Of a DNA stretch of 64,000 nt, positions 29,791 through 37,706 are shown piece by piece. The DNA comes from Bacteroidales bacterium (GTDB lineage Bacteria; Bacteroidota; Bacteroidia; Bacteroidales; Azobacteroidaceae), in assembly GCA_003851245.1 (NCBI GenBank), contig BHEP01000002.1, forward strand, positions 7,403 through 71,402, read 5' to 3'. The number at the start of each line of letters is the position of its first letter. Within the stretch, counting starts at the first letter, position 1. The notes beneath the pieces are model-generated. The model did not search any database and had not been told where the DNA came from. It saw only the letters and a program-made list of their open reading frames with translations. The translations under genes were made by a program, and so were the position numbers.

Positions 29791-30240
29791 ATGAATAAAT
29801 TAAAAATAATAGTAGCTACTTTCTTCGCAGTGCTTTGTTTTGTTGCTTGCGAATCTTCTGAAGACATTAGCAATGGAATGGATCATTCTGTGCCCATATA
29901 TAAGGTGCTGACCGATTCTCTTATCGTAAATGAACTAGAGGAGATAGAGATTAAGGTGGAGGTAGAGGATGAGGGTGCTTTGGCTAAATTAGAATTTTTT
30001 TATGCCGATTGGAACCTTCGCCAGCTGGTCGACCTTCGTAGCCAAGGGGCTCCCAAGTCTTACATTTTTGCTGTCATCATAAAAATTCCCGAAGGTGCTA
30101 AAAAACAATGGATAGAAGATGTCGTTGCTAACGATGGAACGATCTACAAACGCCAACAGAGCTATCACCGACTTCAATTGCTGGCAACAGATATGAGTCA
30201 AAATGTACGAACAATTCCTATTTATATAAAAGTGAATTAG
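29791..30240 (+). CDS. Small lipoprotein in the SusE/F position (candidate surface glycan-binding protein)
   Basis: 149 aa with lipobox LCFVAC|ESSED. The rest is rich in predicted beta-strands. It starts 19 nt after susD. Confidence 0.6.
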   Translation: MNKLKIIVATFFAVLCFVACESSEDISNGMDHSVPIYKVLTDSLIVNELEEIEIKVEVEDEGALAKLEFFYADWNLRQLVDLRSQGAPKSYIFAVIIKIPEGAKKQWIEDVVANDGTIYKRQQSYHRLQLLATDMSQNVRTIPIYIKVN

Positions 30241-30282
30241 TATATACAATAGATGATACGATATGATACAATATAACAATCT

Positions 30283-32151
30283 ATGAAAAGGAATATTATC
30301 CTCCTATTGGGCTTGGGCTTGCTTTTTCTGAACAATCTTGCGCTTTGCTCGCAAAAAATTCGTATTGATGCTTCGCAGAAGTATCAAACCATCGAAGGTT
30401 TTGCAGCTTCCGACTGTTGGACAGCAGAATTTGTAGGCAAATATTGGCATGAAGCTCCTAAGAAATCAATTGCAAAATACCTCTTCAGTCAGAAATTTCA
30501 GGCTGATGGAAGTCCCGAAGGTATTGGTCTGTCCATGTGGCGATTCAACCTTGGTGGGGGAAGCAGCGAACAAGGGGATGCCAGCGATATTGAAGATATT
30601 GCCCGAAGGGGGGGATGCTTTCTTGATAGCAGCGGACTTCATTATGATTGGTCCAAACAAGCTGGTCAACAATGGTTTCTGCAAGAGGCAAAAGCCTATG
30701 GCTGTGAGTCTCTTGTAGCCTTCTCCAACTCCCCATTGGTGCATTATTCTCGCAATGGAAAAGCCTATGCCACAGGCGATGGAAAGGCAAATATAAAAGA
30801 ACAGCATTATGGCGATTTTGCTGAATATTTGGCTACTGTAATGCAGCACTTTAAACAGAAAACCCTTGCCTTTAAATTCTTAAGCCCGGTCAATGAGCCA
30901 CAATACGACTGGAATATATCAGAGCAGGAAGGAAGCCCATGGACAAATGAAGAAATAAAACAATTGATCACGGAGCTCGATCTGTCTATCCAAAAAAGAG
31001 AACTGGATACCAAAATATTGATTGCGGAGGCTGGCAGTTGGAATTCCCTCATTAAAAAAGAAGGACGTGCAAGTAATCAGATCTTTGATTTTTTCGATAA
31101 AAGGGGCGTAAACTATATTGCCGACCTTCCTTCGCTCGCTCCAATCATTGGTGCACATAGCTATTGGACTCATGGCAGCAACCTCCAATTGAGAGATACC
31201 CGCCTGGATGTATGGACAGCGGCAAAAAAACAAAACTTAAAAGTTTACCAAACAGAATGGAGCATGCTTGGCGATGCTCCCCAGCAAATGGCTTTTGCCA
31301 CAAGCTACGACGATGCCTCATACATGGATATTGCCCTTTTTATGGGTAAAATTATACACAGTGATCTGGCATTTGCGCAAGCGTCTTCTTGGTCGTATTG
31401 GACAAGCATGGGCATGGAACTGTGGGGACATAAAAATAGATTCTTACTCCTAGCTCTTGAGCCAGGAGGTAATCCCTACAACCCAATTGCCCTATCCGGA
31501 ATTGTTAGAGATAGATCTACCCTTTGGGCTCTGGGCAATTATAGCTTTTTTCTTAGACCTGGATTCCAAAGAATAAAGTTGATAGGAGCCGACGACCTCA
31601 ATGGATTGATGGGAACAGCGTATCTATCGCCCGACTCTTCCAAGTTGGTGGCTGTTTACGTAAATATGGCAAACGAATCAAAGAAGATAACTACTCAACT
31701 AGACAATTTTAATGGATATGAAGCCCTAAACAACAAGATTTATTTGACCAATAAATCATACAACCTTAAAAAAATTAACGGAACAGGTTCTGAAATTTAT
31801 TCTCCCGACAAGGAAATAAATATTCCTGCACGTACGATGGCAAGCATTGTCTACGATTTGAAGCAGAACACAACGGGCATTAGTGATGTGTATGTCGATA
31901 AAATCAAGGTCTATCCCAACCCAATCCAAGCTTCGCAGATCCTTACAATAGATATTCCTGCGCTCAACAATCATGATATAGTCCATCTTCTGATTTCTGA
32001 CCTTACAGGCAAGCTTATTTACAAAGCCGATTTTAGTTCCGCCAACAATACTTTGTCCATTTCCTTGCCAGCAGATTTTGACAAAGGAAGCTATGTTTTA
32101 CAAATCAAAAACGAAAACAAAATTTATATCCACAAACTTCTTGTGCACTAA
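30283..32151 (+). CDS. Glycoside hydrolase family 30 (Glyco_hydr_30_2-like) with a T9SS C-terminal sorting domain
   Basis: 622 aa with a signal peptide. The N-terminal motif is IEGFAASDCWTAEF. The acid/base region is LSPVNEPQYDW and the nucleophile region is VYQTEWSM. The canonical T9SS CTD reads KIKVYPNPIQASQILTIDIP...GSYVLQIKNENKIYIHKLLVH. Confidence 0.85.
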   Translation: MKRNIILLLGLGLLFLNNLALCSQKIRIDASQKYQTIEGFAASDCWTAEFVGKYWHEAPKKSIAKYLFSQKFQADGSPEGIGLSMWRFNLGGGSSEQGDASDIEDIARRGGCFLDSSGLHYDWSKQAGQQWFLQEAKAYGCESLVAFSNSPLVHYSRNGKAYATGDGKANIKEQHYGDFAEYLATVMQHFKQKTLAFKFLSPVNEPQYDWNISEQEGSPWTNEEIKQLITELDLSIQKRELDTKILIAEAGSWNSLIKKEGRASNQIFDFFDKRGVNYIADLPSLAPIIGAHSYWTHGSNLQLRDTRLDVWTAAKKQNLKVYQTEWSMLGDAPQQMAFATSYDDASYMDIALFMGKIIHSDLAFAQASSWSYWTSMGMELWGHKNRFLLLALEPGGNPYNPIALSGIVRDRSTLWALGNYSFFLRPGFQRIKLIGADDLNGLMGTAYLSPDSSKLVAVYVNMANESKKITTQLDNFNGYEALNNKIYLTNKSYNLKKINGTGSEIYSPDKEINIPARTMASIVYDLKQNTTGISDVYVDKIKVYPNPIQASQILTIDIPALNNHDIVHLLISDLTGKLIYKADFSSANNTLSISLPADFDKGSYVLQIKNENKIYIHKLLVH

Positions 32152-32179
32152 ATTTACTTATCAATTAATCCTAAAGAAT

Positions 32180-33721
32180 ATGCGTACAATTAATTTTACT
32201 CGAGTTTTAGTTCTCTTTTTTTTCTCTGCAAACTTAATGTTTGCCCAAAATTATACTGTTGATACCCAGCACCGCCACCAAGTAATTGATAACTTTGGGG
32301 CTTCAGATGCTTGGACAGCTCAATTTTTTGGACAATGGCCAGACTCCAAGCGCAACGATATGGCAGACCTTTTGTTTAGCCTCGAAAAAGACGCTCAAGG
32401 CAAGCCTAAGGGCATAGGACTCTCTATTTGGCGGTTCAATATCGGAGCAGGAAGTGCTGAGCAAGGCGATAGCTCTTACATTCCCGATATTACTCGAAGG
32501 GCTGAATGCTTTCAGTTGCCCAATGGCAGCTATGATTGGAGCAAACAAGCAGGACAACGCTGGTTTTTAAAAGCCGCCAAAGAGCGGGGAGTAAAGCAGT
32601 TTCTAGCATTCAATATTAGCCCTCCCATACATATGACACGAAACGGATTGGCAGGCAATAAATTCGGAACAAATGACGGAACACTCAATATAAAAACCGA
32701 TAAATACAATCATTTTGCTGATTTTTTGGCGACTGTGGTCGACGAGCTTGGCAAACGAGAAGGCATCAATTTTCAATACCTATCGCCTTTCAATGAACCC
32801 GAATGGAATTGGGATGCCATTTCGCAAGAGGGAACGCCTGCTCTTAATTCTGAAATAGCCAAAACAGTGCGCTTATTGGATAAGAAATTTAGTGAGAAAA
32901 ATCTTCAGACACAGATTCTTGTGTCCGAATCTGGACAATATGACTATCTTTACAAAAAAAATACCAACCTGCCAGGAAGGGACAATCAGATTGCATCCTA
33001 TTTTGATGCTAATTCAAAAGACTTTATTGGAGATTTGAAACATGTACCGCACTTGGTGGTAGGACATAGCTATTGGACTACCCAAAATGATGTCCTTTTC
33101 GAAAAAAGAAACGAATTGCGCAAAGAACTTGATAAGTACAAACTAAATTTCTGGCAAACGGAGCTTTGTATTATGGGAAATGACAAAGAAGTAGGTGGCG
33201 GAGAAAAAAAAGACCTTTCAATGAAGACCGCTCTTTATGTAGCGCGAGTCATTCACCACGATCTTTGTATTGCCAATGCCAGTGCTTGGCAATGGTGGTT
33301 GGCGATGAGCAATAGTGACTACAAGGATGGGCTGATATATGCTTCGCCAAATGCCGATCTTACTGATGGAACTTTTACCGACTCCAAACTTCTTTGGGCA
33401 TTGGGCAACTACAGCCGCTTCATCAGGCCTGGCTCATTTAGGGTAGACGTAGCCTCATCGGTCAATGTCAATGACTCGCAAGGCTTGATGGTCTCTTCCT
33501 ACATCAATGAAGCAGATAGGGAACTAATAAGCGTAGTGGTCAATTATGCCCAAGATGCTAAGGATATGCATCTTGAAGTTAAGGGTATAAAAGTCAAAGA
33601 AATGCAAGCCTACATTACTTCGGATGTAGAAGGACAGAACTTGATGCCACAAAAAATAGATTCGAGAACGAAAATTCAAGTTCCTCCCAAATCTATCATA
33701 ACTTTGGTCGCTAAATATTGA
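32180..33721 (+). CDS. Glycoside hydrolase family 30 paralog without a T9SS domain
   Basis: The start is corrected to MRTINFTRVLVLFFFSANLMFA|Q; the track ORF 32078 overlaps the upstream gene. It has IDNFGASDAWTAQF, LSPFNEPEWNW and FWQTELCI. It is collinear with the preceding GH30 but ends after the beta-sandwich domain. Confidence 0.85.
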   Translation: MRTINFTRVLVLFFFSANLMFAQNYTVDTQHRHQVIDNFGASDAWTAQFFGQWPDSKRNDMADLLFSLEKDAQGKPKGIGLSIWRFNIGAGSAEQGDSSYIPDITRRAECFQLPNGSYDWSKQAGQRWFLKAAKERGVKQFLAFNISPPIHMTRNGLAGNKFGTNDGTLNIKTDKYNHFADFLATVVDELGKREGINFQYLSPFNEPEWNWDAISQEGTPALNSEIAKTVRLLDKKFSEKNLQTQILVSESGQYDYLYKKNTNLPGRDNQIASYFDANSKDFIGDLKHVPHLVVGHSYWTTQNDVLFEKRNELRKELDKYKLNFWQTELCIMGNDKEVGGGEKKDLSMKTALYVARVIHHDLCIANASAWQWWLAMSNSDYKDGLIYASPNADLTDGTFTDSKLLWALGNYSRFIRPGSFRVDVASSVNVNDSQGLMVSSYINEADRELISVVVNYAQDAKDMHLEVKGIKVKEMQAYITSDVEGQNLMPQKIDSRTKIQVPPKSIITLVAKY

Positions 33722-33754
33722 ACTTAAATTAAATTTTATTCAAAAGTATGTAAT

Positions 33755-36178
33755 ATGAGAAAAGTATTTATTTTATTCATCATCGGAATTTGTGCTTCCT
33801 TGCAAACACAGGGGCAGGTTTCTTTTGGTAAGCCAGAAAAAATCAATCAAAACTGGCGTTTTATTCTTGAAGATCTTTCGGAGGGTAGCCACTTGCAATG
33901 CGACGACAGTCGATGGGCAGCAGTAAATCTTCCCCACGACTGGAGTGTATCGCACCCTCTGAGTCCCTCTTTGGCGAGTGCCACAGGCTATTTGCCAGCT
34001 GGCATTGCTTGGTATCGCAAAGACTTGGATATTTCTGCGGCAAAAAAAGGAGAGAAGGTATATGTTTATTTTGAAGGCATATACAATAGAAGTGAGGTGT
34101 ATATCAATGGGCAACTGCTGGGCAAACGACCCAATGGCTACCTCTCATTCATGTATGATCTGAGCCCATATGTCAAGTATGGAGGAAAAAATGTTTTGGC
34201 CGTTCGTGTCGACCACAGTCGGTCTGCCGATTCTCGCTGGTATACGGGTTCGGGCATCTATCGTGATGCTTATTTGATATATGCCAATCCTGTGCATTTT
34301 GCCCAATGGGGAGTTTTTTGTTATACCGACAAGGCGAATAAAAACGAAGCATTATTGAGTTTGGACGTAGAGGTTCAAAACACCAGTTCAGAAAGGGGCG
34401 TTTTTTCTATCCTTACGCAATTGTATGCGGCCGACGGAGCAACTCTGATTAATCAGTCTACACAAAAAATTACGCTTGAGGCGCAATCTTTTGGAAAAAA
34501 TAGTCAAAAGATAAAGATTAAAAACCCCAAGCTTTGGGGGCTTGATAGCCCTTATCTTTACCAACTCAAGACCAGCTTACTCAAAGATGGCAATGCAATA
34601 GATGTCACCACCCAAGCCGTAGGTGTTCGCACCACCACTTTCGATGCCAACAAGGGCTTTGCTTTAAACGAGGAATGGATGAAGGTGAAAGGCGTTTGTA
34701 TTCACCACGATGGAGGGGTATTGGGCTCAGCAGTTCCTCGAGAGGTATGGAAAAGACGACTGATAAATCTAAAAAAATTGGGCTGTAATGCCATTCGCAT
34801 GAGTCACAATCCACAAGCACCCGATGTGTATGAGCTCTGTGATGAGCTTGGAATGTTGGTGATAGATGAGGCTTTTGACGAGTGGGAATTTCCAAAACGC
34901 AAATGGCTGCAAGGGTGGAATGTAGGAACTCCTGGTTTTGAAGGTGACTTCGACTTCTTTGAAGAATGGAGTGATACCGACCTTGCCGATATGATCAGAA
35001 GAGACCGTCGCCACCCTTCCATCATCATGTGGAGCATAGGCAATGAGGTAGATTATCCCAACGACCCCTATTCTCATCCAATATTGGATCACGCAGGCAT
35101 CAATCAGCCAGTGCAAGGAGGCTATAAGCCAGAGAGCCCATCGGCCGAACGTTTGGGGAATATTGCCAAACGATTAGTCGCTGTTGCCAAAAAACACGAT
35201 ACCTCTCGACCAATAACAGCAGCATTGGCAGGAGTCGTTATGTCGAACGAAACGCAATACCCCGGAGCCCTAGATGTAGCAGGATACAATTATACCGAAG
35301 ATCGCTACGATCAGGATCATGCAAAATATCCAAATAGAATAATTTATGGTAGCGAAAATGTGCATAGCATGGATGCCTGGAAGCAAGTGCGTGACAAAGA
35401 GTTTGTTTTTGGACAGTTCATTTGGACAGGCATCGATTATTTGGGAGAATCTGGTGCCTGGCCTTCTCGAGGTTTCTACTCAGGACTCCTCGATTTTGGA
35501 GGCTTCCAAAAACCCCGTGGCTATTTCCGACAAGCTCTTTGGGATACCAAACCTACGGCCTACATTGGCTCTTATAGCAATCCCAACAATAGCGACTACC
35601 TTTCTATGGATGCCTGGCCTATATGGAACTACAAAATAGGCGAAAACATCAGAGTGGTAGCGTATGTAAATACTGCCAAAGCTGGCTTGTTTCTTAATGG
35701 TAAGCAGGTCGGTGAAACCAAGAGCCACGACGACAAAACGGGTATCATTGCTTGGGACATCCCTTTTGCTCCAGGAAAATTGGAAGTGCAGGCCTTCGAC
35801 AAGGAGAATGTAAAGCAGGCACAATATGCCATACAAACTTCAGGAAGAGCACACAGCATCGTTCTTGAAGTTGATAGCACTTCTTTGAATAAGGATTTTG
35901 CCCTGGCACAAATTGTTGTTCAGATAGTTGATGAAAAAGGCATACCAGTCATGCTTTCTGATGAAGAATTGACCTGTCATATTCAAGGTCCTGCAAAACT
36001 CTTGGGGCTTGAAGCTAGCAACAATTCCGATATGTCGGACTACACAGACAATGTACACCGCGTGTTTCACGGACGTATGCTGGCGTATGTGCAGTCAATA
36101 GGAGAAGTGGGGAAGGTAAAGATTTCATTTGTAGCTCCTTGGCTAAAAGACGGTGAAATAGAAATAGAAATAAAATAG
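33755..36178 (+). CDS. Glycoside hydrolase family 2 (beta-galactosidase-like)
   Basis: 807 aa with a signal peptide. It has the GH2 N-domain (WAAVNLPHDWS...KVYVYFEGIYNRSEVYINGQ), the acid/base motif HPSIIMWSIGNEV and the nucleophile region IIYGSENVH. C-terminal Ig-like domains follow. Confidence 0.88.
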   Translation: MRKVFILFIIGICASLQTQGQVSFGKPEKINQNWRFILEDLSEGSHLQCDDSRWAAVNLPHDWSVSHPLSPSLASATGYLPAGIAWYRKDLDISAAKKGEKVYVYFEGIYNRSEVYINGQLLGKRPNGYLSFMYDLSPYVKYGGKNVLAVRVDHSRSADSRWYTGSGIYRDAYLIYANPVHFAQWGVFCYTDKANKNEALLSLDVEVQNTSSERGVFSILTQLYAADGATLINQSTQKITLEAQSFGKNSQKIKIKNPKLWGLDSPYLYQLKTSLLKDGNAIDVTTQAVGVRTTTFDANKGFALNEEWMKVKGVCIHHDGGVLGSAVPREVWKRRLINLKKLGCNAIRMSHNPQAPDVYELCDELGMLVIDEAFDEWEFPKRKWLQGWNVGTPGFEGDFDFFEEWSDTDLADMIRRDRRHPSIIMWSIGNEVDYPNDPYSHPILDHAGINQPVQGGYKPESPSAERLGNIAKRLVAVAKKHDTSRPITAALAGVVMSNETQYPGALDVAGYNYTEDRYDQDHAKYPNRIIYGSENVHSMDAWKQVRDKEFVFGQFIWTGIDYLGESGAWPSRGFYSGLLDFGGFQKPRGYFRQALWDTKPTAYIGSYSNPNNSDYLSMDAWPIWNYKIGENIRVVAYVNTAKAGLFLNGKQVGETKSHDDKTGIIAWDIPFAPGKLEVQAFDKENVKQAQYAIQTSGRAHSIVLEVDSTSLNKDFALAQIVVQIVDEKGIPVMLSDEELTCHIQGPAKLLGLEASNNSDMSDYTDNVHRVFHGRMLAYVQSIGEVGKVKISFVAPWLKDGEIEIEIK

Positions 36179-36200
36179 GCTAATAGCTCAGCTAACAATA

Positions 36201-36242
36201 CAAACCCAGGCATCCTTGCGAATAAAAGGCTGCCTGGGTTTG
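36201..36242. terminator. Bidirectional hairpin between convergent GH2 and trpS
   Basis: CAAACCCAGGCA (36201-36212) pairs with TGCCTGGGTTTG (36231-36242). An inner CCTT/AAGG pairing is also present. Confidence 0.6.
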
Positions 36243-36269
36243 ATTATTAAAAAGGTGATTAAAGAGTCT

Positions 36270-37274
36270 TCAAAACGCTTTAAAGCCCATGATTTCCCTT
36301 ACCTCGCGAAGCGTTTTGCAAGCATTTTCTTGGGCTTTTTCTGTGCCCTGTTTGATTACTTTTCGTATATATTGAGGATCGTTCTTTATTTCAACAATTC
36401 TTTTTTGAATGGGATCTACCGCCGCAATAATATCTTCAGCCAATTGTTTTTTAAGATCGCCATAGCGTATTTCGCAGGCATTCCATTTGTCTTCAAAGTG
36501 CTTTACGACCTCTGCCGAAGAGACTATCCTGAGGATGGTGAATAAATTTTCTATACATTCGGGTTTTGCTTGGTTTGCCTCTGTGGGACCAGCATCGGTG
36601 AGTGCGCGTTTCACTTTCTTTTCAATAGACTTGGCATCCTCATAAAGATAAATGCAATTCCCTTCCGACTTGCCCATCTTACCCGTGCCGTCGAGTCCAG
36701 GAATTTTGATAAGTTCAGTTCCAAAATTAAAAGCCTGGGGTTCGGAAAAATATTCTACGCCATAGAAATTGTTGAAGCGTCGTCCAAACTTGCGGGTAAG
36801 CTCTATGTGCTGCTCCTGATCCTTCCCTACGGGCACAAAATCTGCATTGTGTATCAGTATGTCGGCAGCTTGTAGCACAGGATAGGTGAGGAGTCCAGCA
36901 TTTACGTTTTCTGGTTGCTTGCGGGCTTTTTCTTTGAAGGCTGGCGTTTTTGCCAATTCTCCCATATAGGCGTGCATGTTGAGCAGCAAATAAAGCTCAG
37001 TCACTTGTGGCACTTCACTCTGCACATATAGCGTGCATTGCTCAGGGTCTAGTCCGGCGGCAAGGTACTCAATGACTACATTTTTCGCATTTTCGTGAAT
37101 ATGCGCTGGATCGGGGTGAGTAGTTAGTGAGTGATAGTCTGCAACAAAAAAATAGCAATTATACTCTGTTTGCATCTTGACAAAATTGCGTAAGGCACCA
37201 TAATAATTACCCAAATGTAGGTTTCCTGTTGAGCGAATGCCGCTAAGAACTGTTTTTTTTATCATTATTATCAA
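36270..37274 (-). CDS. trpS: Tryptophan--tRNA ligase
   Basis: 334 aa. The class I HIGH-type motif is GIRSTGNLHLGNYYGA and the KMSKS-type motif is GKMGKSEGN. The length and overall pattern are typical of bacterial TrpRS. Confidence 0.92.
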   Translation of the reverse strand: MIIMIKKTVLSGIRSTGNLHLGNYYGALRNFVKMQTEYNCYFFVADYHSLTTHPDPAHIHENAKNVVIEYLAAGLDPEQCTLYVQSEVPQVTELYLLLNMHAYMGELAKTPAFKEKARKQPENVNAGLLTYPVLQAADILIHNADFVPVGKDQEQHIELTRKFGRRFNNFYGVEYFSEPQAFNFGTELIKIPGLDGTGKMGKSEGNCIYLYEDAKSIEKKVKRALTDAGPTEANQAKPECIENLFTILRIVSSAEVVKHFEDKWNACEIRYGDLKKQLAEDIIAAVDPIQKRIVEIKNDPQYIRKVIKQGTEKAQENACKTLREVREIMGFKAF

Positions 37275-37345
37275 AATTTATTGAGTTTCCCATATTTCTT
37301 CCTAAAGAGACCCTCTTGTGCAAGCTCTCTTAAATCTAAGAACCA

Positions 37346-37353
37346 CAAAAGTA
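37346..37353 (-). promoter_or_regulatory. Candidate -7 box for trpS
   Basis: The minus strand reads TACTTTTG, 72 nt upstream of the trpS ATG (37274). Confidence 0.35.
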
Positions 37354-37372
37354 CGCTTTATTAAATAACAAT

Positions 37373-37402
37373 TAATTATCAATTAAATATAATTGATAAT
37401 TA
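37373..37402. promoter_or_regulatory. Perfect 12-bp inverted repeat (operator-like) in the trpS-carB divergent intergenic region
   Basis: TAATTATCAATT - AAATAT - AATTGATAATTA. Confidence 0.35.
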
Positions 37403-37487
37403 TAGCATCTTAAGCCCATTTTTTATTTTTGTTTCTACTTTTTTGTTTTTTTGGGAGCAAAAAGTTTTATTTACAAACATAAAGTTT

Positions 37488-37495
37488 TACCTTTG
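37488..37495 (+). promoter_or_regulatory. Candidate -7 box driving the carB leader
   Basis: TACCTTTG lies 33 nt upstream of the leader-ORF ATG (37528). Confidence 0.4.
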
Positions 37496-37527
37496 TAGCG
37501 TAATAATATAAAAATATAAAAAGAGAA

Positions 37528-37611
37528 ATGAAGCATTTGTATCACTGTTTGTCCATAGGCATAATCCTATTCAAATTTGATGAGGATATTGTTTCTTTTT
37601 TATTCATATAA
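37528..37611 (+). CDS. Candidate 27-codon leader peptide upstream of carB
   Basis: The ORF runs ATG...TAA and encodes MKHLYHCLSIGIILFKFDEDIVSFLFI. Its stop codon overlaps the first base of the downstream terminator stem. It is below the ORF-track size cutoff. Confidence 0.35.
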   Translation: MKHLYHCLSIGIILFKFDEDIVSFLFI

Positions 37612-37650
37612 TGCGTTGGTTTTTGCCAACGCATTTTTTTTGTTTTTTTT
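37611..37650 (+). terminator. Intrinsic terminator/attenuator in the carB 5' leader
   Basis: ATGCGTTGG (37611-37619) pairs with CCAACGCAT (37626-37634) around a 6-nt loop, followed by TTTTTTTGTTTTTTTT. It sits 56 nt before the carB ATG. It cannot serve trpS, which is transcribed away from it. Confidence 0.6.
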
Positions 37651-37706
37651 ATAAAACGCACAAATGAGAGTATTCGATGACAACAACAACAAAAGTAAAT
37701 TAAAGA

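Noticed and set aside
36216-36875. Plus-strand ORFs of 109 aa and 101 aa overlapping trpS.
   Set aside because: They are antisense to a clearly recognised TrpRS gene, have no motifs and are hydrophobic low-complexity translations.
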